A stretch of 64,000 bases of DNA from an uncultured Chloroflexia bacterium (lineage in GTDB: Bacteria; Chloroflexota; Chloroflexia; QHBQ01; JADMIH01): NCBI GenBank assembly GCA_963797095.1, contig CAWCNY010000002.1, positions 288,001 to 352,000 on the forward strand, read 5' to 3'. A model generated the notes under the pieces. It was not told the origin of the DNA, ran no database searches, and was given only the letters and a program-made list of their open reading frames with translations. Below, piece after piece: positions 20,320 to 29,250 of this stretch (position 1 is the stretch's first letter; each line of letters opens with the position of its first letter). Made by a program: the position numbers and the translations under genes.

Positions 20320-21648
20320 TCACCTGCCCAGCGCGGTCAAATACGCCCCCTCAACCCTCTCGCTCAACCTCTCCCAATTAAACTCCTCCCACACCCTCCT
20401 TCTGGCCCTCTCCCCCAACCTCCCCCGTCTCTCGGCGTCGGCCAGCAGCCACGACACCGCTGAGGCCATACCCCCCAGGTCGCCAGGCGTCACCAGCACT
20501 CCCGCGTCCCCCACGAACTGTGCTGCTTCTCCTACCCTGTGCGCCACCACAGGCAATCCCATCACCATCGGCTCCAGCACCTTCATGGGGCTTTTCGCCC
20601 TGTTCAACAAAGTATCCCGCATAGGGTAGATACACACATCCGCCAGCGACAAATAAGCGGGCAACTTCTCCCCCCAAACATACCCCGCTATTACCACACT
20701 ATCCCCGATCCCCATGCGCCCCGCCTGCTCCCGAAATGCCTCCTCCTCCCCCGCGAAGCCCTTCCCGATCACCAGCAACTTTGCCGCCGGGTGCTCTGCA
20801 AGCACCAGCTTCATAACTGCCAGCGGCCACCTGACCGGAAAAACATCGAACCGCGTATAGAGCAACACCACCGGCCCATCCCCCACTCCCAACTCGGCCC
20901 GAAGCGCCCCCTGTTCACTCTCCCACCGCCTTTCCCCCCACGATGCATACTTATCCTGCCATACCCCATTCGGCACGTAGCTAACCCGCGCCCTCCCAAT
21001 ACCCATATTCCACGCCCTGGCCTCCAGCGTCTTGCTCGCCGCCGTAACCGCCCCCGCCAAACGTGGCAACAACGCTTCCATCGCCATGATGCTCAACCGC
21101 TCAGTCCCCGAATACCGGTTCACATCGGCCCAACCCCCCGGCCCCTCCCAGTCGTCCACGTCCAGCACCCACGGCACCCGCAAACCCGCAAGCGCCAGCC
21201 CCGCCAGCCCCGTATACCCTACCGGCTTGAACGCATGCACCACCTCGGCGCGAAAGCTCTCCAACTCCCGCTCCGCGCCACCCCGCGCTCCCGACCCCAC
21301 TCTTCCGGGCCACAACGCCTCCCCCACCAGCCCCATCGTCAAAGCAACACTGTCCGGCACCCTCCTGGGCAAACTCAGCGTAACCGTATGCACGCCCGCA
21401 ACTCCACCCCCCTCCCGCGAAGCAGCGCGAAGCGCTCCCTGCGAAGCAGCGCGAAGCGCTCCCTGCGAAGCAGCCCACGCGCTACCGGATCGGCCCTCCC
21501 CCCTCCCCACCGAAGGATCATCCCACGGCGGAACAATCACCCGCACCAAATGCCCGCGCTCCGCCAAAGCATGCGCCATAGGCAAAATACGCGCCTGTAC
21601 AGTCCCCTTAGGCCGCACCCCAAACGGCGCAAGCAAAGCAATCCTCAT
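20320..21648 (-). CDS. Glycosyltransferase family 4
   Basis: LDVDDWE, PNGV, SPMKVLEPMVMGLPVV; start at ATG 21648, 6 nt after TATAAT. Confidence 0.9.
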   Translation of the reverse strand: MRIALLAPFGVRPKGTVQARILPMAHALAERGHLVRVIVPPWDDPSVGRGEGRSGSAWAASQGALRAASQGALRAASREGGGVAGVHTVTLSLPRRVPDSVALTMGLVGEALWPGRVGSGARGGAERELESFRAEVVHAFKPVGYTGLAGLALAGLRVPWVLDVDDWEGPGGWADVNRYSGTERLSIMAMEALLPRLAGAVTAASKTLEARAWNMGIGRARVSYVPNGVWQDKYASWGERRWESEQGALRAELGVGDGPVVLLYTRFDVFPVRWPLAVMKLVLAEHPAAKLLVIGKGFAGEEEAFREQAGRMGIGDSVVIAGYVWGEKLPAYLSLADVCIYPMRDTLLNRAKSPMKVLEPMVMGLPVVAHRVGEAAQFVGDAGVLVTPGDLGGMASAVSWLLADAERRGRLGERARRRVWEEFNWERLSERVEGAYLTALGR

Positions 21649-21741
21649 ACCGACATTATAACGGACACCAGGCCCCCCATTCCCACCCCGAACTCCGAAC
21701 CCCGCACTCGTCACTCGCCAAAAGACCATACCAATGGCTAC

Positions 21742-21770
21742 TTGTAATCGCAGAACAAGTGTGCTAAGAT
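21742..21770 (+). promoter_or_regulatory. Promoter with overlapping LexA-like box
   Basis: TTGTAA-17-TGcTAAGAT; GAAC-AAGT-GTGC at 21753-21764 resembles GAAC-N4-GTTC. Confidence 0.55.
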
Positions 21771-21776
21771 CCAGAG

Positions 21777-22091
21777 TAAGAAGTACTTTCAACCTCCGAG
21801 CCGCGCAGCATGGAGGACATAGAGACAAGACTGGTGTCCCTATGCAGCTTTGCGTTTTGTACCTTTACAAACCACATAAACCATCGCTACTACCAGCACT
21901 TTACAAACCAAGAGAATGGTCAGCCAGAAGTCGATGGCTCTCTCAACGCCATCCCACCGCTCCGGTCTCCCACCTCCGGCCCCTAACGGGACCAACACGG
22001 AGCAGTAATCCAGTGTGCATTCGTGTCACACCCTCTAAAGGCAAGAGGAACCCTGCGCCACAAGTACCAGTTGCGCCACAGGGACACCATC
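21777..22091 (+). ncRNA. Candidate large structured ncRNA, copy 1
   Basis: Closely homologous inverted copy at 54665-54980; long-range helix TGGTGTCCCT/AGGGACACCA; differences fall mostly in loops; indels disrupt coding frames. Confidence 0.6.
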
Positions 22092-22320
22092 CCAAAAGCC
22101 AACCCAACCGTGCCCAACTAACGATGACCCACAAGCAAACGAACCAGGAAACGCCCTGCCATCCTGAGCGAAGGATCTCGCTCTAAAAGATCGCACTTTG
22201 GCAACCAACCAACCCACAGAGTGCCCACACCAAGCAAGATCCCCCCACCGCAAAAGTCAAGATGAGTTTCCAGCAAGGCCATCCTTAGCGAAGCACAATA
22301 ACCAACAACCAGACAGAAAA

Positions 22321-22475
22321 GGAAGAGGGTGCATAAGGGCCCAAAACCCCTATGCACCCTCTTCCCCATACCCACCAATCGACACTCCGCACTCCGCACT
22401 CCGCACTCCCCACTCCCCACTCCCCACTACAAAAACCTTCGTGCCCTTCGCCAACTCTTCGTCCCTTCGTGTACA
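22321..22475 (+). repeat. Hairpin plus heptamer (CTCCGCA/CTCCCCA) and CTTCGTG repeats; conserved tail shared with 53955-54090
   Basis: GGAAGAGGGTGCATA...TATGCACCCTCTTCC 15-bp stem; reverse-complement match downstream of ncRNA copy 2. Confidence 0.8.
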
Positions 22476-22558
22476 AAAACCCCAAATAAGCAGTACGCAG
22501 TACGAAATACCAAACCCCCCACCAGACGATCATCCCAGGAGATGCTATACTTGATACC

Positions 22559-24410
22559 ATGTCTACCCCTGCACCCGAACCGGCACCCAAGCAAACCTAC
22601 ACCCAACGCGCCCAACGCTTTCAATCCGAGCGCGACACCCTCGACGCCCGTTGGAACCTCATCGGCAACATCCGCCTCTTCACTTTCCTCCTGGCCGCCG
22701 TAGCCCTCATCTGGGGCTTCTGGGCCAACATACCACCCATGTGGATCCTGGGCCTCGTCCTCCTCGCCGCCTTCTTCGCTCTCGTCTGGTATCACAACCG
22801 CATTGGAGCCGCCCGCCGCCGCGCCGAAGAACTCTACCGTATCAACAACGAAGCCATCATGCGCTCCGAAAAGCGCTGGGACAATCTCCCCCTCCACCAT
22901 ACCGTCCACATTCCTCCCGACGACCCCTACGCCCACGACCTCAACGTCTTCGGCCACGCCTCCCTCTTCCAGCTACTCGACATCGCAGGCACCCTCACGG
23001 GCGAGCGCACCCTTGCCCACTGGCTCTCCTCCCGCGCCGCCCCCGACGTGCTACGCGAGCGCCAGGCCGCAGTACGCGAGCTAGCCCCCATGATCGACCT
23101 GCGCGATGAGCTTTACCTGCGCGGCAGGCTCATGAGCCTCAACGACGAGAAGCCCGATCCCGCCCCTTTCCTGCGCTGGACCACCTCCCCACCCTGGCTG
23201 CCCTCCCGCCGCTGGCTGCTTCCCCTCTCCTACTTCAGCGTCGCCCTATTCTGGGTTCTCGCCTTTGCTCATGCCTTCGGCCTCGTAGCCTACCCCTACT
23301 GGTTCCTCGTAGCCGCCGTCAACTTCCTTCTCTCACTCACTACGGGCCGCGAGATCTACCGCATAATCGCCCAGGTAAATACGGGTGAGCGCGGCTTCAA
23401 ACAATACGCCGAGGCTTTCCATATCATCTCTTCCGCCCACTTCGAGTCGCCTGCCCTTCGCCGCTTGCAGACCATCCTTTCCGGTGGCGGCACTCCCGCC
23501 CACGAAGCCATCCGCCGCCTGCAACGCCTGGTCAACTTCACCATCCCACCCGGCGCCCAACTCTACTTCCCCCTCCAGGCGATCACCCTCTGGGATGTCC
23601 ATCTCCTTGCTGCGCTTGAACACTGGAAAGCCCGCTACGGCAAGAACGCTTCTTCCTGGATCGATACCCTCGGCGAGGCTGAGGCGCTATCTTCCCTCGC
23701 CTCTCTTTGCCATGCTAACCCTGCCTGGGCCTTCCCCACGGTAGACCCCTCCCTCGACCGCCTCGATGCCGCCTCCCTCGGTCACCCCCTTCTCCCCGCC
23801 GACGTGCGCGTTGACAACGATGTGACGGTAGGCCCACGCGGTACCTTCCTCATGGTCACAGGCTCCAATATGTCGGGCAAAAGCACCCTTTTGCGCGCCA
23901 TCGGCACTAACATCATCCTTGCCCAGGCGGGTGCCCCCGTCTGTGCAGCGAGCCTCTCCATGCCCCCTGTAGTGCTCTGGACTACCATGCGCGTCGAGGA
24001 CTCCTTGCTGCGTGGCGTCTCCTACTTCATGGCCGAGCTACAGCGTCTCAAGCAGGTGGTAGAGGCCGCCCGCCAGGCCCATGAAGCGGGCGACGCCCCC
24101 CTCTTCTACCTCCTGGATGAGAATCCTTCAAGGCACCAACACAGCCGAGCGCCAGATAGCCGCCCGCCGTGTAATCCTCTATCTCGTGGAAATGGGAGCT
24201 TTGGGGGCTGTCTCCACTCACGACCTCACCCTGGCCGACTCCCCAGACCTTGCCCAGACCGCCCGCATGGTCCACTTCACAGAGCAGGTCCACAGCGGCA
24301 ACGGCGCAATCACTCCTCAGATGCACTTCGACTACAAGCTCCGCCCAGGCATAGCCACCTCCACCAACGCCCTGAAGCTGATGGACATAGTATTCGGGAG
24401 TAGTCGGTAG
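22559..24410 (+). CDS. MutS-related membrane-anchored ATPase (MutS domain V), frameshifted near 24122
   Basis: GHPLL, TGSNMSGKST, SYFMAEL; removing one A at 24122-24123 restores LLDEILQGTN...STHDL..TNALKLM. Confidence 0.85.
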
Positions 24411-24518
24411 TCGGTAGTCGGTAGTCGGTAGTCGGAGGGGATACTGGCGACGAGTGACGAATGGCGAGTGACGAGTATTTAGCCATAAGATCCGACTACC
24501 GACTACCGACTACCAGCT
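24400..24518. repeat. Inverted heptamer runs (GTAGTCG)n ... (CGACTAC)n between convergent genes
   Basis: Directly visible. Confidence 0.85.
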
Positions 24519-26455
24519 ACCTCAGACACGATCTTGCTCACCTGTCCCCTGGTAGCGTTATTAGCCGCTCGGAAGTAAGGTCTGTCATCGGGCGACACAC
24601 ATGGCTCGCCCGGCCCCCCGCATTGGTAGCCGCCGATTGCCCCTCTACTTGCCAGCCTCTGAACAAAATCGTAGAAGGTAGAGCCTGGCAGTACATCCTC
24701 AAATCGCTGATCGCCAGGTGGATCGCCATAGCCCGCTGCGTTGGCAACGATCTTCGCTATCTGACCTCGCGTGGCCTGTGCCCCAGGGCGGAAATAGGGC
24801 TTGTTCCCCGGTGGCACGCATGGCTCCCCCTCCCCACCGCACGGATACCCCGACATTACGCCCCGGTTCGCCAGCCTCTGTACCCAGATGAAGAATGGGC
24901 TTGTGGCCTCAGGTACATCCTGGAAGATCGCGAATCCCGTCGGGTCATTGAACCTTACTGCATTGCTCACTATCTTGGCAAGCTGCCCTCTGCTCACGTT
25001 CTCGCCTGGGCGGAAATACGGGTCGCTGTTCCCGTTGCAAGGCTCCCCTTCCCCTCCGCACGGATACCCGGACACGATCTGCTTGCACGCCAACAACCTG
25101 ACATATGAATAGAACGTAGAACCCGGAGGCACATCCTCGAACTCCAGTGTGCAGGCGGTCGGCGTAGAGGTTACAGTCCGCGTGGCGCTTGATGTCGGCG
25201 TGTTGGTGGGGCCTGTCGTGGGCGTTTCTGTTGTCGGAATGATCGTCGCGGTGGCGGTGGGCAGCCCCCCATCCCTCGCGAGCCTCATCACCAAGCCGTA
25301 GTAAACCCCTCCACCCTGTATGTAGTAGAGAGAGCCGTCGGGTGCGGTCTCAATATCCATATTGCACTCGACACCATCAACCCTCGCGCTGCCGGCCAGC
25401 GTCAGACGATCCTCGCTCAAGTACATGTGGTGGAATACCCCATCGGCATACGTGCACATAAATAGCTCATTCTGCCACTCCGGTATCATCGTGCCACTGT
25501 ATACTTCCACGCCGGTCGGCGCGAGACAGCATAGCCCTAACGGTACGTACCACAGCGGTGCAATCGTGTTATATGCAGGGTCGGGCCCGCCGGGATCGGG
25601 ATCGTCGCATGGATAAGAGCCGCGCCAGCCGTAGTCCCAACCTGCCTCCACCCTGTTCAGTTCGTCGTCGCAGCTAGGCCCGTTCTCGGTGGCGAATATC
25701 CTCCCCGTCACCACCTTATCGAAAGTGAAATCAAAGCTGTTGCGAAGGCCAAACGCGTAGAGCGATGAGAGCGCCCCGGTCTGGGTGAACACCGGGTTAT
25801 CCGCCGGTATGCTCCCGTCCGGGTTGATACGGTGCATCTTCCCCAGTGGCACCGTCACGTTCTGCCCGTTGCTCGCGTCCGAGTTATCTCCAGTCGAGAC
25901 ATACAGCTTGCCGTCTGGGCCGAAGTGAATGTTGTTGCCGCTATGGTACGTTCCCCTGAACGGGGTCGTGAAGATCGTAACCGGGTCGCTGCCCACCCCG
26001 TCGTGCTCGACAAACCGCGCCACCGTACTCAGCGTAAGGTCGCAATTGGAGAAGGCGGTATACTGCACGTACAGGTAGTGGTTCTCGGCGAAATCGGGAT
26101 CAACTGCCAGCCCCACCAGCCCACGCTCGTAGCAAGTATCCACGCTGAACGTGATAACTGGCGCGGCCTGAAGTGCCCCACCTTCGATCAGGCGCACCGC
26201 ACCCCCACGCTTGGCAAGGAACAGCCGTCCCGCCGGGTCGAACGCCATCGCCACCGGCTGGCTGATTGCCGTTGTCACCTGCTCCGGAACTACCCCTGGC
26301 GGCAGGGCCTCGTCAGCCTCCGCGACCGTTCCGCCCCGTTGCGTCCGTGGTGCCGCCTTCGCGTTCCGAGCTAACTGCGGCGAACCGGCTATGGCTATAG
26401 CGCCAAGCAGCAAAGTGGCCCCAAACAGGAATATCGCGATAGAATAGCGTTTCAT
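24503..26455 (-). CDS. PQQ-dependent sugar dehydrogenase-like (GSDH) protein with Thr-rich linker and three SLH-like repeats
   Basis: ERGLVG, FGPDGKLYVSTGD, GLRNSF, DELN; FEDVPPGS / RGQIAKIV repeats. Confidence 0.85.
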   Translation of the reverse strand: MKRYSIAIFLFGATLLLGAIAIAGSPQLARNAKAAPRTQRGGTVAEADEALPPGVVPEQVTTAISQPVAMAFDPAGRLFLAKRGGAVRLIEGGALQAAPVITFSVDTCYERGLVGLAVDPDFAENHYLYVQYTAFSNCDLTLSTVARFVEHDGVGSDPVTIFTTPFRGTYHSGNNIHFGPDGKLYVSTGDNSDASNGQNVTVPLGKMHRINPDGSIPADNPVFTQTGALSSLYAFGLRNSFDFTFDKVVTGRIFATENGPSCDDELNRVEAGWDYGWRGSYPCDDPDPGGPDPAYNTIAPLWYVPLGLCCLAPTGVEVYSGTMIPEWQNELFMCTYADGVFHHMYLSEDRLTLAGSARVDGVECNMDIETAPDGSLYYIQGGGVYYGLVMRLARDGGLPTATATIIPTTETPTTGPTNTPTSSATRTVTSTPTACTLEFEDVPPGSTFYSYVRLLACKQIVSGYPCGGEGEPCNGNSDPYFRPGENVSRGQLAKIVSNAVRFNDPTGFAIFQDVPEATSPFFIWVQRLANRGVMSGYPCGGEGEPCVPPGNKPYFRPGAQATRGQIAKIVANAAGYGDPPGDQRFEDVLPGSTFYDFVQRLASRGAIGGYQCGGPGEPCVSPDDRPYFRAANNATRGQVSKIVSEVAGSR

Positions 26456-26510
26456 AGCTTAGGAAGCGTGGGGCTGCCCAACGGGCAACCCCACACACAT
26501 CGAAGAATCG

Positions 26511-29021
26511 CTACTTGTCATCAGGCTCTACCACATTGATAGTGCCCTGCATATAGGGGTGAGGTATACAGTGATAGGCGTAACTCCCCACCCTATCAAA
26601 GTACACATCCACAAACTGGTTCTGGTATATCCTGCCTGTATCGAAACTGCCGTCATCTACTGTGGCTGTGTGGTAGTCCAGGTCGCGGTTGATGAACCTC
26701 ACCGTCGTGCCCGGTGCTATTGTGATAGCGTCCGGGTGGTATGAGAACTCGCTTATCATCACCTTTACCGGTAGCACGCAACCGGGGTAAAAGGTGTTCG
26801 ATACGATCTTGGACAGTTGCCCCCTGGTGGCGTTGGCGGCTGGCCTGAAGTAAGGGCGGTTGTTCGGCTCGACGCACGGCTCGCCTGGCCCTCCACACGG
26901 ATATCCCTGCATGACATCCGGCCTGTTGAGCAGCAGCCTCTCCACGAAGATATGGAAGGTGCTACCCTCCTGCACGTCCTCGAAGGTTTGCGTGCCTGTC
27001 TGTATATCGTCGTCGAAGCCTGCCGCGTTTGATACGATCTTGGCGATCTGTCCCCTGGTAGCGTTGGACGACGGGCGGAAGTAAGGGTCGTTGTCACTGT
27101 TGCAAGGCTCGCCCGGCCCGCCGCATGGATAGCCCTGCATCACCTGGTACAGGGTCAGACGCTCGATATACACCCAGAAGGTCGAATCGGGTGGCACGTC
27201 CTCATAGGTCTGCGCGTCGGGCGACACGAAGTCGTCGAAGTTGGCGGCGTTAGCCACGATCTTGGCGATCTGCCCCCTCGATACCAGGTTGCCTGGGCGG
27301 AAATACGGATCGTGGTTGTCATCGCAAGGCTCGCCCGGTCCACCGCACTCGTACCCGTTGATGATCCCCTGGCAGGCCAGGCACTGGATGTATGGGTAGA
27401 AGGTGCTCTCCGGCGGTACATCGGTGAACTGTATAGTGCAGGCGGTTTGAGTAGGCAAGAGTGTAGGAGTAGAGGGCACAGGAGTGTCAGTATGGGTAGG
27501 TGGCAATGGCACAGGGGTATCCGTGCTTGTCGGTGGCGCTGGCGTGTCAGTACCGGTTGGTACTACCTCTGTGGGTGACGCAGTATCGGTGGCCGTGGCC
27601 GTGCTTGTATTGCTTGGCTCAGGCGTGGCGGTAGGCCCTCCCGGCGTCTGAGTAGGCAGCGGCGTATTCGAGTTTGTGGGTGTAGGAGTAATCGTTGGCG
27701 TGTTGGTATGTGTGGGTGTGTTGGTTGGTGGCGGTGTGTTAGTTCGCGTGTTGGTTGGCGGCGCAGGTGTGTTAGTGGACGATGGCGTGGCGGTGGCCCC
27801 GCCAGACCCAACGATACGCTTCAGATCGGTTGACGAACTGTATGGGCTGTGCTCAATGTACCACAATGCCCCATCCGGCCCCGTTTGCAGATCATCCTCC
27901 GTTGTCACCCCCTGTACCACGTTGGTTTGCGTCACCAGCGTGCGCTGCGCATTCAGGTAGAAGTGGCGAAGCTGCCCGGTGTTGGCCGCAGCCATGAACA
28001 ACTCATTGGTCCACTGAGGTATCTGGGTTCCTGTATATACCTCGATGCCTGTAGGCGCTACGCAGCACTGGCCGTTCGGCACGTACCACAGTGGCGGGAT
28101 CGTGTTGTACACGGGGCTTGGGCTGGGATCGTCGCACGGGTAGCTGGCTCGCCAGCCGTAATTGTAGCCCGCCTCGATGCGGTTCATCTCATCATCGCAG
28201 CTAGGTCCGTTCTCACTGGCGAATATGCGCGGGTAGGGGCTGGACGCCGTCAGCGGGTCCACAACAAAGTCGAAGCTATTGCGCACTCCCATCACATAGA
28301 GGGATGGCAGCGCCCCGGTCTGGGTGAACACGGGGTTGTCCGATGGGATGCTGCCGTCAGGGTTGAGGCGGTGTATCTTGCCGTTCTTGACGGTCACGTC
28401 CTGCGCATTGGCGGCGTTCGCGTTATCCCCTATGGTGATGTAGAGCTTGCCGTCGGGGCCAAAGTGGATATTGCCGCCGTTGTGGTTGCCCGCCGTCTGT
28501 GGCGATGTGAATATGTCCACGGAACCGGACCCCACCCCACTGTTCTCCACGAAGCGGGCTACCCTATTTGTCGTTGAGCCGCAAGCAGAGCCTGGATTAG
28601 CTGTGTAGTAGACGTAGATGTAGTGGTTGCTGTTGAAGTTGGGGTCTATAGCTATCCCCAACAAACCGCGCTCGGAGCACGAGTCCACATCATACGTAAT
28701 CACCGGCGCGGCCTGGAGCACTCCGTTGGCATACATGCGCACATAACCCGTGTACTTCTCGGTGAAGAATAGCCTGCCCGACGGATCGAAGGCCATCGAC
28801 ACGGGACCGCCGGTCAGCCCAGGCAACACTGTTTCGATACTTGCCCCCGTCGGCAAAGGCTCAGTGCCGTCCGCCGGCCTGTTGCTGTTGATTTGTATTG
28901 CCATCGCGCCTGAAGGCGCGGCGCTCGATGGCTGGGTCGATAGAGCCACCATACCCGCCAATGCTACCATCGCCAGCACGGCGATAATGGCGGGTATCTT
29001 CAACATAGATTTGCGTGTCAT
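26511..29021 (-). CDS. GSDH-like PQQ propeller + PT linker + SLH-like repeats + C-terminal cupredoxin
   Basis: HNGGNIHFGPDGKLY; HTATVDDGSFDTG...YHCIPHPYM type-1 copper ligands; SD AGGAG before ATG 29021. Confidence 0.87.
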   Translation of the reverse strand: MTRKSMLKIPAIIAVLAMVALAGMVALSTQPSSAAPSGAMAIQINSNRPADGTEPLPTGASIETVLPGLTGGPVSMAFDPSGRLFFTEKYTGYVRMYANGVLQAAPVITYDVDSCSERGLLGIAIDPNFNSNHYIYVYYTANPGSACGSTTNRVARFVENSGVGSGSVDIFTSPQTAGNHNGGNIHFGPDGKLYITIGDNANAANAQDVTVKNGKIHRLNPDGSIPSDNPVFTQTGALPSLYVMGVRNSFDFVVDPLTASSPYPRIFASENGPSCDDEMNRIEAGYNYGWRASYPCDDPSPSPVYNTIPPLWYVPNGQCCVAPTGIEVYTGTQIPQWTNELFMAAANTGQLRHFYLNAQRTLVTQTNVVQGVTTEDDLQTGPDGALWYIEHSPYSSSTDLKRIVGSGGATATPSSTNTPAPPTNTRTNTPPPTNTPTHTNTPTITPTPTNSNTPLPTQTPGGPTATPEPSNTSTATATDTASPTEVVPTGTDTPAPPTSTDTPVPLPPTHTDTPVPSTPTLLPTQTACTIQFTDVPPESTFYPYIQCLACQGIINGYECGGPGEPCDDNHDPYFRPGNLVSRGQIAKIVANAANFDDFVSPDAQTYEDVPPDSTFWVYIERLTLYQVMQGYPCGGPGEPCNSDNDPYFRPSSNATRGQIAKIVSNAAGFDDDIQTGTQTFEDVQEGSTFHIFVERLLLNRPDVMQGYPCGGPGEPCVEPNNRPYFRPAANATRGQLSKIVSNTFYPGCVLPVKVMISEFSYHPDAITIAPGTTVRFINRDLDYHTATVDDGSFDTGRIYQNQFVDVYFDRVGSYAYHCIPHPYMQGTINVVEPDDK

Positions 29022-29250
29022 GAACGGGACTCCTTCCTCCTCGACCGGTAGCCTGTGAGTTTGGTGGATCTCAGGCTCATGCTGCTCGCCGATCTGCAAA
29101 TGGCTTCTCTATGCGACATAAAGTGAAAATGGCAACAATAGTTTAGCCGTTGTCCTTCTCTTCCGCAAGTAGGCGCGACCCTTGCACCGCATCCATCATT
29201 TCATGCGCTCTTTCGCCAATCGATCGTTCAGGCTTGAGATAGCCGAGGTT

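Noticed and set aside
21810-21986. 58-aa ORF (MEDIETRLVSLC...) present in both copies of the repeated element
   Set aside because: The middle of the two copies is in different frames because of compensating indels, and there is no SD upstream; conservation fits RNA structure better, though a peptide is not fully excluded
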